The translations under genes and the position numbers were made by a program. Below, one piece after another: positions 55,070 through 64,000 of a stretch of 64,000 nucleotides of DNA (the stretch's first letter is position 1; each line of letters starts with the position of its first letter). Below the pieces are notes generated by a model. That model saw only the letters and a program-made list of their open reading frames with translations. It was not told the DNA's origin and did no database searches. Source of the stretch: Clostridia bacterium (GTDB lineage Bacteria > Bacillota > Clostridia > TANB77 > CAG-465); NCBI GenBank assembly GCA_017534305.1, contig JAFWCU010000035.1, positions 79,790 through 143,789 on the forward strand, given 5' to 3'.

Positions 55070-57136
55070 ATGACTGTTTCTAAAAAGAAGAAGTTGTTAT
55101 TAGTATCAATACTTGTAACGACATTGAGTCTAGTCTTTTTAGTATTATCAGCACAGAGTATTTTAGCGTATATGAAAGATATAAAAGCTATATCTAATTC
55201 ATATACAACTGTTCAAAAATATGCTGTAACTTTTGATGCTAATGGTGGACAAGGTTCAATGCCAACACAATATATGTTCTACGGAGTTAATTACAACTTA
55301 AATCCAAATACATTTACAATGACAGATATGATATTTCGTGGATGGAATACTAAAGCAGACGGTACAGGAACAGCATATAATAATAATGAACAGGTAGTTG
55401 ATCTTGGAAATATTACATTATATGCACAATATGTACAAGGAATAGCAATAGTAAACGGCCAAGTGTATACTACATTACAAGCTGCAGTAAATGCAGTATC
55501 AACAGAAAATATTCAAACAACTGTTACATTAATTGCAGATACTAGTGAAAATATCTCTGTATCAAGTGGTCAAAATATTGTTTTTGATCTTCAAGGACAT
55601 ACAATAAGTATTACATCTGGTTGCATATTAACCAATGCCGGTACAGTACTAATTCAAGATGGTGTATTAACATCTAATTCTACTACAGATGGCGCCGTTA
55701 ACAATACAGGAAATCTTACTGTTTCAGGCGGGCAAATATTAATGACAAACGACAGAGGAAAGCAAGCAATATTTAATAATGGTACTCTTGAAATCACAGG
55801 AAATGCATATATTTATTCTGCAAGTTCAACTGCTGCTGGAAACAATAGGAGAGCTGCAGTGCAAAATACTGCAAATAATGAATTGTTAGTAACAGGCGGA
55901 ACAATAGTTTCATCTGGCTACCATGGAATAGTAAATGCTGGTAATATGACTATTGGTACTAAAGATGGTACTGCAAATAGGAACTCTCCAGTAATTCAAG
56001 GAATATATTATGGAATAAGTAGTAATAATAACTATGGATTCTATGATGGAACTATAAAAGGAATAAATGCAAGTACAAATAATGATTCGAAAATAAATGA
56101 TCTTGAGCAAGGATATAGCTTACATAGTTCAACAGAAGATATTGGTGGTGATATTTATCATACTTTAACATCTGCCCAAATGGTAAATCTAGATGCAAAT
56201 GGAGGATATATAAATCCAGATAAAATCTTTGCTTTGTTTGGTGAACCGGCAGGCACACTGCCAGAACCAGGAAGATCAGGATATGCATTTGATGGATGGT
56301 ATACAGATCCTGTAAATGGAACTCTTGTAGACTCAAACACTATATTAACTGAAGAGAATAATACGTTATATGCTCACTGGACACATGCAATCGCTGCACA
56401 AGTAAACGGTGTAGATTATTACACATTACAAGAAGCAGTTAATGCAGTTCCAAAAGATGGTACACAAACAACTATAACACTTTTAAGAGATGCTGGAGAC
56501 AAGGCAATAATAGATGCACATCAAAATATACTATTTAATCTACAAAGTAATAAACTTATAAACTGTGAAAATGGAATTATGATAGAAAATAATGGTACTC
56601 TTGAAATAACAAATGGAAATTTAGGCTCTACTGCATTATATGGAACAATAAATAATAATGTTGGAGGTCTATTGGTTATAAATGGAGTAAATATATCTGG
56701 AAAAAATAGATCTGCAATATATAATGACGGAGGATCTGTAATTATTTCAGATGGTTACATAACATCTACAGCAACTGGAAAACCAACCGTTGCATCATTG
56801 GGTAGAGCAGCAATACAAAATATTAATGGTGGTAATGTTACTATTACAGGTGGTACAATAGTAGGAGAAACGCAACAAGCAATTTCTAATGAAGGTACCT
56901 TAACAATTGGTACTCCATCAGATGGAATTGATACTACACAACCTACTATAATAGGTCAAACTTATGGTGTAGTAACTATTGATACATTCAACTACTATGA
57001 TGGTACAATTAAAGGTATAACTGATGCTATATCTGGAACAATAACAAACCAAGAACAAAATACTCAAATTGTTGTAGGTTCTGATGTTATAGATGGAAAA
57101 ACATATATTACTAATCATTTAGAAGAAAATAATTAA
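55070..57136 (+). CDS. Large secreted protein with two Listeria-Bacteroides (Flg_new) repeat domains plus beta-helix-like modules
   Basis: YAVTFDANGGQGSMP...FRGWNTKADGTGTAY...LYAQY and VNLDANGGYINP...GYAFDGWYTDPVNGT...LYAHW. The signal region ends in AYMKDIKAISNSYTT, which is SipW-substrate-like. Confidence 0.65.
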   Translation: MTVSKKKKLLLVSILVTTLSLVFLVLSAQSILAYMKDIKAISNSYTTVQKYAVTFDANGGQGSMPTQYMFYGVNYNLNPNTFTMTDMIFRGWNTKADGTGTAYNNNEQVVDLGNITLYAQYVQGIAIVNGQVYTTLQAAVNAVSTENIQTTVTLIADTSENISVSSGQNIVFDLQGHTISITSGCILTNAGTVLIQDGVLTSNSTTDGAVNNTGNLTVSGGQILMTNDRGKQAIFNNGTLEITGNAYIYSASSTAAGNNRRAAVQNTANNELLVTGGTIVSSGYHGIVNAGNMTIGTKDGTANRNSPVIQGIYYGISSNNNYGFYDGTIKGINASTNNDSKINDLEQGYSLHSSTEDIGGDIYHTLTSAQMVNLDANGGYINPDKIFALFGEPAGTLPEPGRSGYAFDGWYTDPVNGTLVDSNTILTEENNTLYAHWTHAIAAQVNGVDYYTLQEAVNAVPKDGTQTTITLLRDAGDKAIIDAHQNILFNLQSNKLINCENGIMIENNGTLEITNGNLGSTALYGTINNNVGGLLVINGVNISGKNRSAIYNDGGSVIISDGYITSTATGKPTVASLGRAAIQNINGGNVTITGGTIVGETQQAISNEGTLTIGTPSDGIDTTQPTIIGQTYGVVTIDTFNYYDGTIKGITDAISGTITNQEQNTQIVVGSDVIDGKTYITNHLEENN

Positions 57137-57191
57137 AATTAAAATAAAAAAGTGCACCCAAAATATTGGGTGCATATTTTATTATATGTTG

Positions 57192-57596
57192 TTAACTATT
57201 ATTTTTGTTAGCTTTCCAAGTTCTAAACTTGTCTAAATCCTTTCTGATCCATTTTAATGCAACTACAACAACTACTAGGTCATCTGCATAACCAAATAAA
57301 CCTTTGTTATCATCAATAATATCATCTTTTTTAACGATATAGATGAATGCTGCAACTATAATAGCTATAGTCTTTGTAGATGTTTCTTGGTATTCTCCAG
57401 TAATATAGTTTTTAACCATAGAAATCATTGTTGGTACTTGAGATAAATCCTTACCTACTACAGGTACCTTTGCTATTGCATCTTCAACTTTAGTTAGCAA
57501 GTTAGTGATTTTGCTCTTATCCTTAAGCATCTCTGTTGCTTGAGGAATGTTTTCCTCGATTGCCTTTTTGGCACTTTCAAAATTAAATCCGTTCAT
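57192..57596 (-). CDS. DUF1232 (YkvA-like) membrane protein
   Basis: ORF track 57192..57665; start moved to the Met at 57594-57596. IAIIVAAFIYIVKKDDIIDDNKGLFGYADDLVVVVVALKWI matches DUF1232. Confidence 0.6.
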   Translation of the reverse strand: MNGFNFESAKKAIEENIPQATEMLKDKSKITNLLTKVEDAIAKVPVVGKDLSQVPTMISMVKNYITGEYQETSTKTIAIIVAAFIYIVKKDDIIDDNKGLFGYADDLVVVVVALKWIRKDLDKFRTWKANKNNS

Positions 57597-57697
57597 ATAA
57601 TTATATCTCCCTTCATTTAAATTTGTCACGAGGCATAGTATAACATAGTTTACAATAAAAATCAAGAAAAAAGTGCTAGATTAACTAGCACTTTGTA

Positions 57698-58453
57698 TTA
57701 TTTACCATCTTTAACTTGTTTTAAATCTTCTGGTAGAAGTGTATAATCATATCTCTTAAAGAAAGATATTTTCTTTAATTTCATACCTTCATCATCGTTT
57801 AAATAGTCGTATCCAAAAGCTTGAATTTTCTTTTCTGGATCAATAGTATTGTATAAGTTAACTCTTTTAGCACGTTCAGTTTTTTTAATCATTTTCAAGT
57901 GGTAAAGGTTATAATTAGTCATTACACTTTTTTCTAGTATTTCTTTATAACCCCATACAGTGTGGTATTGGTTAGGCATAACACTATCAAAATCCATTTC
58001 TTCAGAAAGTGGGAACAAAATATATTTAGTCTTTTTATCCCATATTCCATCACATCTATAATGTTTAATATCATTGTGTAATTCTCTAAAGTGGAAACCA
58101 TAAGCAACTTTTTTATCTGGAGTACACATTTTTCTAATATTCTTTAAAAATGCAAGTTCAAATCTTTCATCTGGGTCTAGGCATAATACCCAAGTATTAT
58201 TCTTATCTTCACTAATTTCCCAAGCTGCTCTAACTACTTTTTGTCTATTTCCTCTCTCATCATATTCGATTCCATCTCTTACTGGAGATTTTATAATCTT
58301 TTTTAATTTAGGTTCTTTTTCAAATAATTCTACTGTCTTATCTGTAGACCCATCATCTAATACTACAAAACCATCAACGTAATCTCTAATATGATCTAAA
58401 AACTTAGGTAAGTGGTATTCTTCGTTTCTTACACATGTTACTACATATATCAT
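57698..58453 (-). CDS. Family-2 glycosyltransferase
   Basis: IYVVTCVRNEEYHLPKFLDHI...VVLDDGSTDKT and CLDPDE (DxD-like). Start moved to the Met after GGAGG. Confidence 0.7.
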   Translation of the reverse strand: MIYVVTCVRNEEYHLPKFLDHIRDYVDGFVVLDDGSTDKTVELFEKEPKLKKIIKSPVRDGIEYDERGNRQKVVRAAWEISEDKNNTWVLCLDPDERFELAFLKNIRKMCTPDKKVAYGFHFRELHNDIKHYRCDGIWDKKTKYILFPLSEEMDFDSVMPNQYHTVWGYKEILEKSVMTNYNLYHLKMIKKTERAKRVNLYNTIDPEKKIQAFGYDYLNDDEGMKLKKISFFKRYDYTLLPEDLKQVKDGK

Positions 58454-58584
58454 AATTAATCCTCCATTCATATAAGGCAATTATATAATAATAGATAAGA
58501 AAAAACAATATAAATATATAAAAGAATTCTATTGAAAAATTTTGTTCCTTTAATATATAATTTTACTATGGAGGTTTGTTTTAT

Positions 58585-60597
58585 ATGAAAATATTAAAAT
58601 CTAAGATTTCAATTATAATAATTGTAGCAATTATTGTAATAGTAAGTATTGTAGGCATAATAAATGCTAGATATGACGGACCTAAAAAGATTAAAACTGC
58701 ACAAAAGCTTGAATCAATATATGGCAACGAAGATGATTTTTTTGGCCCTATGAAGAAAATGTTATATTGCATAATAGCTGCTCCATGGATAGATACAGAT
58801 ATTTTTTATGATTATGGTTATTATGGAGGAAAATATGACTTTTACGATTCAGATATAAGCTTTAATACTGCAATTAATTCAACTAGTAGTTCTAACTGGT
58901 TTAAATCTGGAAGTAGTAAAGAAACAGCAAGTGGCAATAATGATTTTTCAAAAACAAATATACAAGTGGAAAATGTGGATGAAGCAGATGTAATTAAAAC
59001 AGATGGAGAATATATTTATTCTTTATCAGACAACAAAGTTATTATTACTGATGCAAGAGACCCACAAAATACAAAAGTAGTATTTGAATTAACAAGTACA
59101 AGTTATTCTGGAACTTCTCCAGAAGAAATACTATTATATGGAAATGACTTAATAGTAATAGGAACAATGAGAGGACCTATGACAACAGTTGAAGTATACG
59201 ACATCACTTCAAAAGAAAATCCAATTAAAAAAGAAGCATATTGCGTAAATGGTAGATATTATACATCAAGACTTACAGATGGAAAATTATATGTGCTATC
59301 TACAGGACAGCTAGATTATGATGATGGAAAAGTAGATAATAGCTATGTTGAAAATTCTGTAACACGTTTTATTAGCTATAATGACATATATTATTTCAAT
59401 AATAAATTAACAACAGCTCAAACTACAATTTCTACTTTAGACTTAGATAAAGAAAAAGCAAAAGTAGATGTTAGTATGTATTTGCTAGCTTTAGATAATA
59501 TATATGTATCTCAAGATAATATGTATTTAGTAGCAGACAATTACTACAATCAAAAAATATCATTTTTACCTGCATTCATAAGATTACTTGGACCAAAAGG
59601 AATAATAGGTGAAGCAAAAGATTTATATACTGAAGATGATTATTTCTATGATGACGATGAAACAACTATATATAAATTTGCGTTAAATAATGGAAAAATA
59701 AAATATGTTGGAAAAGCTAAAGAAGAAGGATATACTATAGATCAATTCTCTTTAGACGAATACAATTCAAACTTAAGAGTAGCTCTTTATACAGATAAAG
59801 GCTCAAGAGTTGCTATATTTAATGATAAAATGAAAAAGATTGGAGAAACAGAGAAAGTTGCTAGAGGCGAAAGAATGTATTCTTCAAGATTTATTGGAGA
59901 TAGAGGATACTTAGTAACATATCTAAATACAGACCCACTTTTCTGTATAGATTTATCTGATCCAAAAAATCCAGAAATACTTGGTGAACTTCAAATAAGT
60001 GGATATAGTACATACCTACATCCATATGATGAAACTCACTTAATAGGTATAGGTTATGAATCTGAGGTTAAAACAAATAGAAATAGTGAAGGAAAAGTAA
60101 CTTCACAATATGCTGTAATAACTGGCATGAAAATGGCACTTTTTGACGTTTCAAATATAAACAATCCAATAAAAATATCAGATACACAAATTGGAGATAA
60201 ATATACTCGTTCAGCAATATTAACAAATCATAAAGCATTATTATTCTCAAAAGAGAAAGGAATAATTGCAATACCTGTTAATACATATGAAAAAGAGCTT
60301 GAAATATCATCAACAAACGGAGATCTTTCTTCACTTGAATCTTCATATACTACAAATTCAAAAGAGTATAGAACAGAAGGATACTTAGTATATGGAATTA
60401 ACCTTGAAGATGGATTTGTACCAAAAGGATTTATAGACCATAGTGAAACAGATCCAAAATCATATAGTGGAACAAACTTAATTAGAGGAGTATATATTAA
60501 AGATTATCTATTTACTGTATCACAAGGTATGGTAAAAGTTAATAAACTAGATACACTTGAACAAGTTGCATCAGTTTTAATAAAGGGGGTTGAGTAG
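58585..60597 (+). CDS. Secreted beta-propeller domain protein (Beta_propel family)
   Basis: N-terminal anchor, then SKTNIQVENVDEADVIKTDGEYIYSL, the signature I associate with PF09826 proteins. ORF track start 58576 is a TTG; I prefer the ATG at 58585 after GGAGG. Confidence 0.65.
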   Translation: MKILKSKISIIIIVAIIVIVSIVGIINARYDGPKKIKTAQKLESIYGNEDDFFGPMKKMLYCIIAAPWIDTDIFYDYGYYGGKYDFYDSDISFNTAINSTSSSNWFKSGSSKETASGNNDFSKTNIQVENVDEADVIKTDGEYIYSLSDNKVIITDARDPQNTKVVFELTSTSYSGTSPEEILLYGNDLIVIGTMRGPMTTVEVYDITSKENPIKKEAYCVNGRYYTSRLTDGKLYVLSTGQLDYDDGKVDNSYVENSVTRFISYNDIYYFNNKLTTAQTTISTLDLDKEKAKVDVSMYLLALDNIYVSQDNMYLVADNYYNQKISFLPAFIRLLGPKGIIGEAKDLYTEDDYFYDDDETTIYKFALNNGKIKYVGKAKEEGYTIDQFSLDEYNSNLRVALYTDKGSRVAIFNDKMKKIGETEKVARGERMYSSRFIGDRGYLVTYLNTDPLFCIDLSDPKNPEILGELQISGYSTYLHPYDETHLIGIGYESEVKTNRNSEGKVTSQYAVITGMKMALFDVSNINNPIKISDTQIGDKYTRSAILTNHKALLFSKEKGIIAIPVNTYEKELEISSTNGDLSSLESSYTTNSKEYRTEGYLVYGINLEDGFVPKGFIDHSETDPKSYSGTNLIRGVYIKDYLFTVSQGMVKVNKLDTLEQVASVLIKGVE

Positions 60598-60598
60598 T

Positions 60599-60886
60599 AT
60601 GGAAGAAACATTATCTAACAATAACGAACAAAAGAAAAGTATATTTTCTAAGATAAATGGCGTTGTAGCACTTATTATGGCTATAGCATCTGTTATTCTA
60701 GGATACTTCTGGTACTTATCAATACCTCTAGGAGTAGTTGCATTAATAGCTTCTATAAAAAAGATAAAAGAAACTGGAAAAACACTTCCAAAGGCTGCAA
60801 TGATTATTTCTGTAATAGGAATTGTACATTGTGTAATGGTATATGTATCAGTTTTCTTTATGATTTATTCATCAATGGGAATATAG
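60599..60886 (+). CDS. DUF4190-like small membrane protein
   Basis: Two TM helices (INGVVALIMAIASVILGYFWYL, AAMIISVIGIVHCVMVYV). ATG at 60599. Confidence 0.5.
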   Translation: MEETLSNNNEQKKSIFSKINGVVALIMAIASVILGYFWYLSIPLGVVALIASIKKIKETGKTLPKAAMIISVIGIVHCVMVYVSVFFMIYSSMGI

Positions 60887-60896
60887 GAGGTAGAAT

Positions 60897-61166
60897 ATGG
60901 AATCAACAAATAAGAAAAAATCACCATATGGTGTGTTATCATTAACACTTGGAATTATTTCAATTATTTATGCATTGTTCTGGTATATTTCACTTCCTAC
61001 AGGAATCCTTGCTATAAATTTAGGAATTAAAGGGAAAGCAGAAGTTGGAAGTAAACTTGCAACAGCCGGTAAGGTTACAGGAATAGTTGGACTTTCAATA
61101 ATGGGAGCGCTAATGCTATTAAAAACATTCATAATAGTTTTAGCCTTTCTAGAATATATATTATAA
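60897..61166 (+). CDS. DUF4190-like small membrane protein (paralogue)
   Basis: YGVLSLTLGIISIIYALFWYISLPTGILAINLGIKGK...AGKVTGIVGLSIMG, with the same architecture as the preceding gene. Confidence 0.5.
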   Translation: MESTNKKKSPYGVLSLTLGIISIIYALFWYISLPTGILAINLGIKGKAEVGSKLATAGKVTGIVGLSIMGALMLLKTFIIVLAFLEYIL

Positions 61167-61273
61167 TATAAACAAAGGAGTTAACTAAATAGTTAACTCT
61201 TTTTTATTGCAAAATAGTATATACTTATGATATCATATCAATAGATGAAAAATCATATAGGAGGGATTTAAAA

Positions 61274-61975
61274 ATGAATAACGAAAACAAAAAGTCAAAA
61301 GTTGGCTTAATTATTGCAATAGTATTAATCATTCTTTTAATATTATTCTTAGTGTGGTTTTTTGTACTAAAAGATAAAGGTACAAATAATGCACCTACAA
61401 ATAATGAACCAAGTACACAAACAGAAAAAACTACAAAGGAAACTAATACAAATAAAGAGGCATATGAATATGACTACAAAGATGGAGTATTAACACAAAT
61501 TGTAGATGAAGATGGAAAACCAAAACAAACAGACTTTGTTATAGATGGAATTATTTTAGTAGGTAACAGACATAGCTATTATGGTATGGATGATACAACT
61601 GGAGTCATTGAAAATTTTGTTAAACAAGGGTATAAAAAGGAAGGTATTAACTCATCTTTCTATCTAAATGAATATATTGGTTTCTATGTTGATACTAAAT
61701 ATAAAGGATCAGAAAGTGATGTTAAAATATTGGTTACACCACATAAATCTGTAGAAGAATATGAAAAAATGACTTCTTCACAATTAACAACACTTGCTGA
61801 AGAAAAAGGGTTTGTTATGGATTATACAACACCAGATGAAGAAAATTATAAATATGTTGGTGAAAACTACGTAAATATGGACTATCCAGAAGGACAATAT
61901 GATATACTATTCACATACAAAGGTGAAATAGCATACTTCATAAATATAACAGAAACTCTAGAAGAAGCCGAGTAA
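61274..61975 (+). CDS. N-terminally anchored hypothetical protein
   Basis: TM helix (VGLIIAIVLIILLILFLVWFFV), a Thr/Asn-rich linker, then a globular domain of unknown function. Confidence 0.5.
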   Translation: MNNENKKSKVGLIIAIVLIILLILFLVWFFVLKDKGTNNAPTNNEPSTQTEKTTKETNTNKEAYEYDYKDGVLTQIVDEDGKPKQTDFVIDGIILVGNRHSYYGMDDTTGVIENFVKQGYKKEGINSSFYLNEYIGFYVDTKYKGSESDVKILVTPHKSVEEYEKMTSSQLTTLAEEKGFVMDYTTPDEENYKYVGENYVNMDYPEGQYDILFTYKGEIAYFINITETLEEAE

Positions 61976-61990
61976 TAAGGAGGAAATATT

Positions 61991-62497
61991 ATGAATAAAA
62001 AAGTAATTATAGGGTGCATAGTTGCAGTAGCATTAATAGGGATAGTAGTTTTAGCAATATGCATAGGTGGTAAAAAAGAAGATGCAACACCACAAAACAA
62101 TTCTACTGAAACAGAAAAAACAGAAGTACAAGAAAAGGTTGCATTTACAAAAGAAGTTGTTAAAACACGTGTAAAATATAAAGCACCAGAAGATATCGAT
62201 TTACTTGGTAGTTTCAAAGATTTAGGACATACATGTACAATAACATACTATACAAATCAAACTTCAGTTTATGCACTATATCCTTTTGATGATGTAGTTG
62301 AAAAAGTAGATAAAGTAACAATAAATGGAGTAGAATATGAAACATATAAATATGTAGAAAAAGCAATGATACATTATGTATATAGAACAAAAGTTGGAAA
62401 TTACTATCACCTATTCCAATATGACGTATATAATACAGAATATGATGATTCACAAGTTGAAACTTTCATGAATACTGTTGAATTTATTAATGAATAA
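61991..62497 (+). CDS. N-terminally anchored hypothetical protein
   Basis: TM helix (VIIGCIVAVALIGIVVLAICI) followed by a soluble domain. RBS AAGGAGG. Confidence 0.5.
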   Translation: MNKKVIIGCIVAVALIGIVVLAICIGGKKEDATPQNNSTETEKTEVQEKVAFTKEVVKTRVKYKAPEDIDLLGSFKDLGHTCTITYYTNQTSVYALYPFDDVVEKVDKVTINGVEYETYKYVEKAMIHYVYRTKVGNYYHLFQYDVYNTEYDDSQVETFMNTVEFINE

Positions 62498-62574
62498 ATA
62501 ATAAAATAAACAACGAAAAACCGTGGGATAATATCTCACGGTTTTTAAATTACAAGCTCATGCGAGCTAAGTGC

Positions 62575-63174
62575 TTAATGAGCATTACATTTCTTCTTAG
62601 CCTTCAAGAATAATTTTTTAACAAAAGATTCATTTTCTCTACTTTGCTGTTCTTCCTCAATTGTTCTTGCTAAAACTCTAATGCTGGCCATATAATGATA
62701 CATTTGCAATTTGAAGTTAAGAGACTCATCTCTAAACATCAACTCTTTTGTGCCTCTAGAATTAAATACTTTATCGACCATCATATAGAATGAATTCAAA
62801 TCAATTACATGTAAGTCATTTATAAACTGTGCACTATCTGAATCAATAGGTTGTTTCCTATCGCAAATGCTGTTGAGTAATTCGCAAAATCTCATATAAT
62901 CTTTTTGTGATTTCTTAGCTAACTGTTTTAATACATCAAGAGAATAATTAGAAAACTTATCATAATCTGGGATGAAACCTAGAGAGCAAATAACTCTAAC
63001 ATTTTCTGGTTTTTCTATTAGATAAAAGCCATTTTCATCGCACTCTCTAGAGACGATTGATGCCTCAGTAGAAATGTCAATGCCAAGAAAGTCTTTCATA
63101 CTTTCTAACACATTAATGTCATCTTGTTGAATGAAGCATACAGCACTGTTGTGTCTAATGTTCGTTCTTTTCAT
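62575..63174 (-). CDS. Hypothetical protein (~199 aa)
   Basis: ORF track 62575..63234; start moved to the Met at 63172-63174 (AAGGAGGG upstream). No domain recognised. Confidence 0.5.
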   Translation of the reverse strand: MKRTNIRHNSAVCFIQQDDINVLESMKDFLGIDISTEASIVSRECDENGFYLIEKPENVRVICSLGFIPDYDKFSNYSLDVLKQLAKKSQKDYMRFCELLNSICDRKQPIDSDSAQFINDLHVIDLNSFYMMVDKVFNSRGTKELMFRDESLNFKLQMYHYMASIRVLARTIEEEQQSRENESFVKKLFLKAKKKCNAH

Positions 63175-63337
63175 TGTATCGCCCTCCTTTAAAATAGTAT
63201 AATCAACTATTTTTTTAATACAAAAGATGCGCATGTATTATATCACTCGTAAAACAAAAAAACAATATATTTATGTTAACATTCAATATAATTTATTATT
63301 TAATAAAAATGATTTGATTTATAACTGAAAAAAAGCC

Positions 63338-63364
63338 AAAAAAAGAGATTCTTACGAATCTCTT
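63338..63364 (-). terminator. Intrinsic terminator after tRNA-Pro
   Basis: On the minus strand: AAGAGATTC-gtaa-GAATCTCTT followed by T7. Confidence 0.65.
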
Positions 63365-63372
63365 AAAACAAA

Positions 63373-63448
63373 TGGTCGGAGTGACAGGACCCGAACCTGC
63401 GACCTCATGGTCCCAAACCACGCGCTCTACCAACTGAGCTACACCCCG
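63373..63448 (-). tRNA. tRNA-Pro (anticodon UGG), CCA-encoded
   Basis: Reverse complement is CGGGGTG-TA-GCTC-AGTTGGTA-GAGC-G-CGTGG-TTTGGGA-CCATG-AGGTC-GCAGG-TTCGGGT-CCTGT-CACTCCG-A-CCA. This is a full 76-nt cloverleaf with anticodon TGG. Confidence 0.93.
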
Positions 63449-63721
63449 ATTTGTTACAGATGTAATTATAACACTAGTTTTATTGAAAATCAATAGTTTA
63501 TTTTAAAATTTTACAATTTTCTTTTTGAATTATTTTTTTGTATGTTCTTATCATATTTTATTCGCTTTTTTCTGTTTTGTTAAATGGTATTTCTTTTATG
63601 TAATCATTTAGACATTTTCTTTTCCTTAATTTGCCCATTTTCATTGACTTTTTTAACTCAAAAGTATATGATATTAGTGTATTAAATCGACCTTAAGGTT
63701 AGTTATTTAGAAAGGAATAAA

Positions 63722-64000
63722 ATGAGCGTATATTGTGGAACAGATATAATAGAAGTTGCAAGAATAAAAAAATCTATGCAAAAGTCTATTTTTAAAGTAA
63801 GTATATATACAGATTTTGAAATTGAAGATATAGATAGTGCTTCAAATGAAGATGTAAGATACCAAAGATATGCTGGTAGATTTGCAGCTAAAGAGGCAGT
63901 ATATAAAGCTTTATCTCCACTATGTAAACGTGAAGACTATGCACCATCATTTAAAGATATAGAAATTGCAAATGATGAGTCGCTAGGAGGTAGACCATTT
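63722..64000 (+). CDS. acpS: Holo-[acyl-carrier-protein] synthase (partial, runs off the window)
   Basis: MSVYCGTDIIEVARIKK...YAGRFAAKEAVYKAL matches the AcpS pattern G-x-D-I-x-E-x-x-R...RFAAKEA. Confidence 0.75.
   Translation, partial: MSVYCGTDIIEVARIKKSMQKSIFKVSIYTDFEIEDIDSASNEDVRYQRYAGRFAAKEAVYKALSPLCKREDYAPSFKDIEIANDESLGGRPF

Noticed and set aside
60599-61166. The tandem DUF4190-like small membrane genes, considered as a possible toxin/immunity or holin-like pair.
   Set aside because: The two are simple paralogues with identical two-TM topology and have no associated lysis, bacteriocin or TA partner gene. They are most simply explained as a duplicated membrane protein.
63296-63493. A 65-aa minus-strand ORF.
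   Set aside because: It is fully explained by tRNA-Pro(UGG) at 63373-63448; the GVAQLVERVVWDHEVAGSGPV part is the tRNA read as protein.
1-64000. I searched by eye for CRISPR arrays, rRNA, integrases, transposases, IS ends and retron-like RT genes.
   Set aside because: I saw no regularly spaced direct repeats, no rRNA-like GC-rich blocks, and no ORF with recombinase, DDE or RT motifs. Absence is judged by eye only.

Overview
This is a 64-kb chromosomal segment from a low-GC Gram-positive, Clostridia-like bacterium. It has GGAGG-type RBSs, uses TGA as a stop codon, and my hand counts of single 60-nt lines give about 23-30% G+C in most genes. All function calls come from motif recognition by eye; no searches or folding programs were run.

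Most of the window is housekeeping or envelope genes:
- trkA-trkH
- mgtE behind an M-box-like leader
- a long-form glutamine synthetase
- a DUF853/HerA-like ATPase
- ilvB-ilvN behind a candidate leader-peptide attenuator
- a NadR-type NMN adenylyltransferase with pnuC
- a TetR / MMPL / YhgE-like operon
- two tandem TPM-LemA pairs
- a GH13 amylase in a more GC-rich patch
- a SipW/TasA (camelysin)-type secreted-protein locus
- a beta-propeller protein
- tRNA-Pro(UGG)
- acpS

The standout accessory region is about 5.7-21.4 kb. It is an all-plus-strand, even more AT-rich block between the trkH terminator (next to a 66-nt tRNA-like relic) and an MFS-like gene. It contains four units:
1. A monocistronic 490-aa protein of unknown function.
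2. A translationally coupled ~10-kb operon. In order it encodes a Z1-domain SF2 NTPase, a GHKL/MORC-like ATPase, two unknowns, a PD-(D/E)XK protein, a C5-cytosine methyltransferase, another unknown, an Mrr_N winged-helix fused to a DCTPP1-like MazG pyrophosphatase, and a DUF4160 protein.
3. A DUF2075 nuclease-NTPase.
4. A protein with a C-terminal Rx4H (HEPN-like) motif.

Operon (2) is my best candidate for an undescribed or under-described defence system. Its Z1/GHKL/nuclease/methylase core was predicted computationally years ago. The three unassignable ORFs and the MazG fusion embedded in it are not explained by anything I recognise.

I saw no CRISPR array, integrase, transposase or rRNA.
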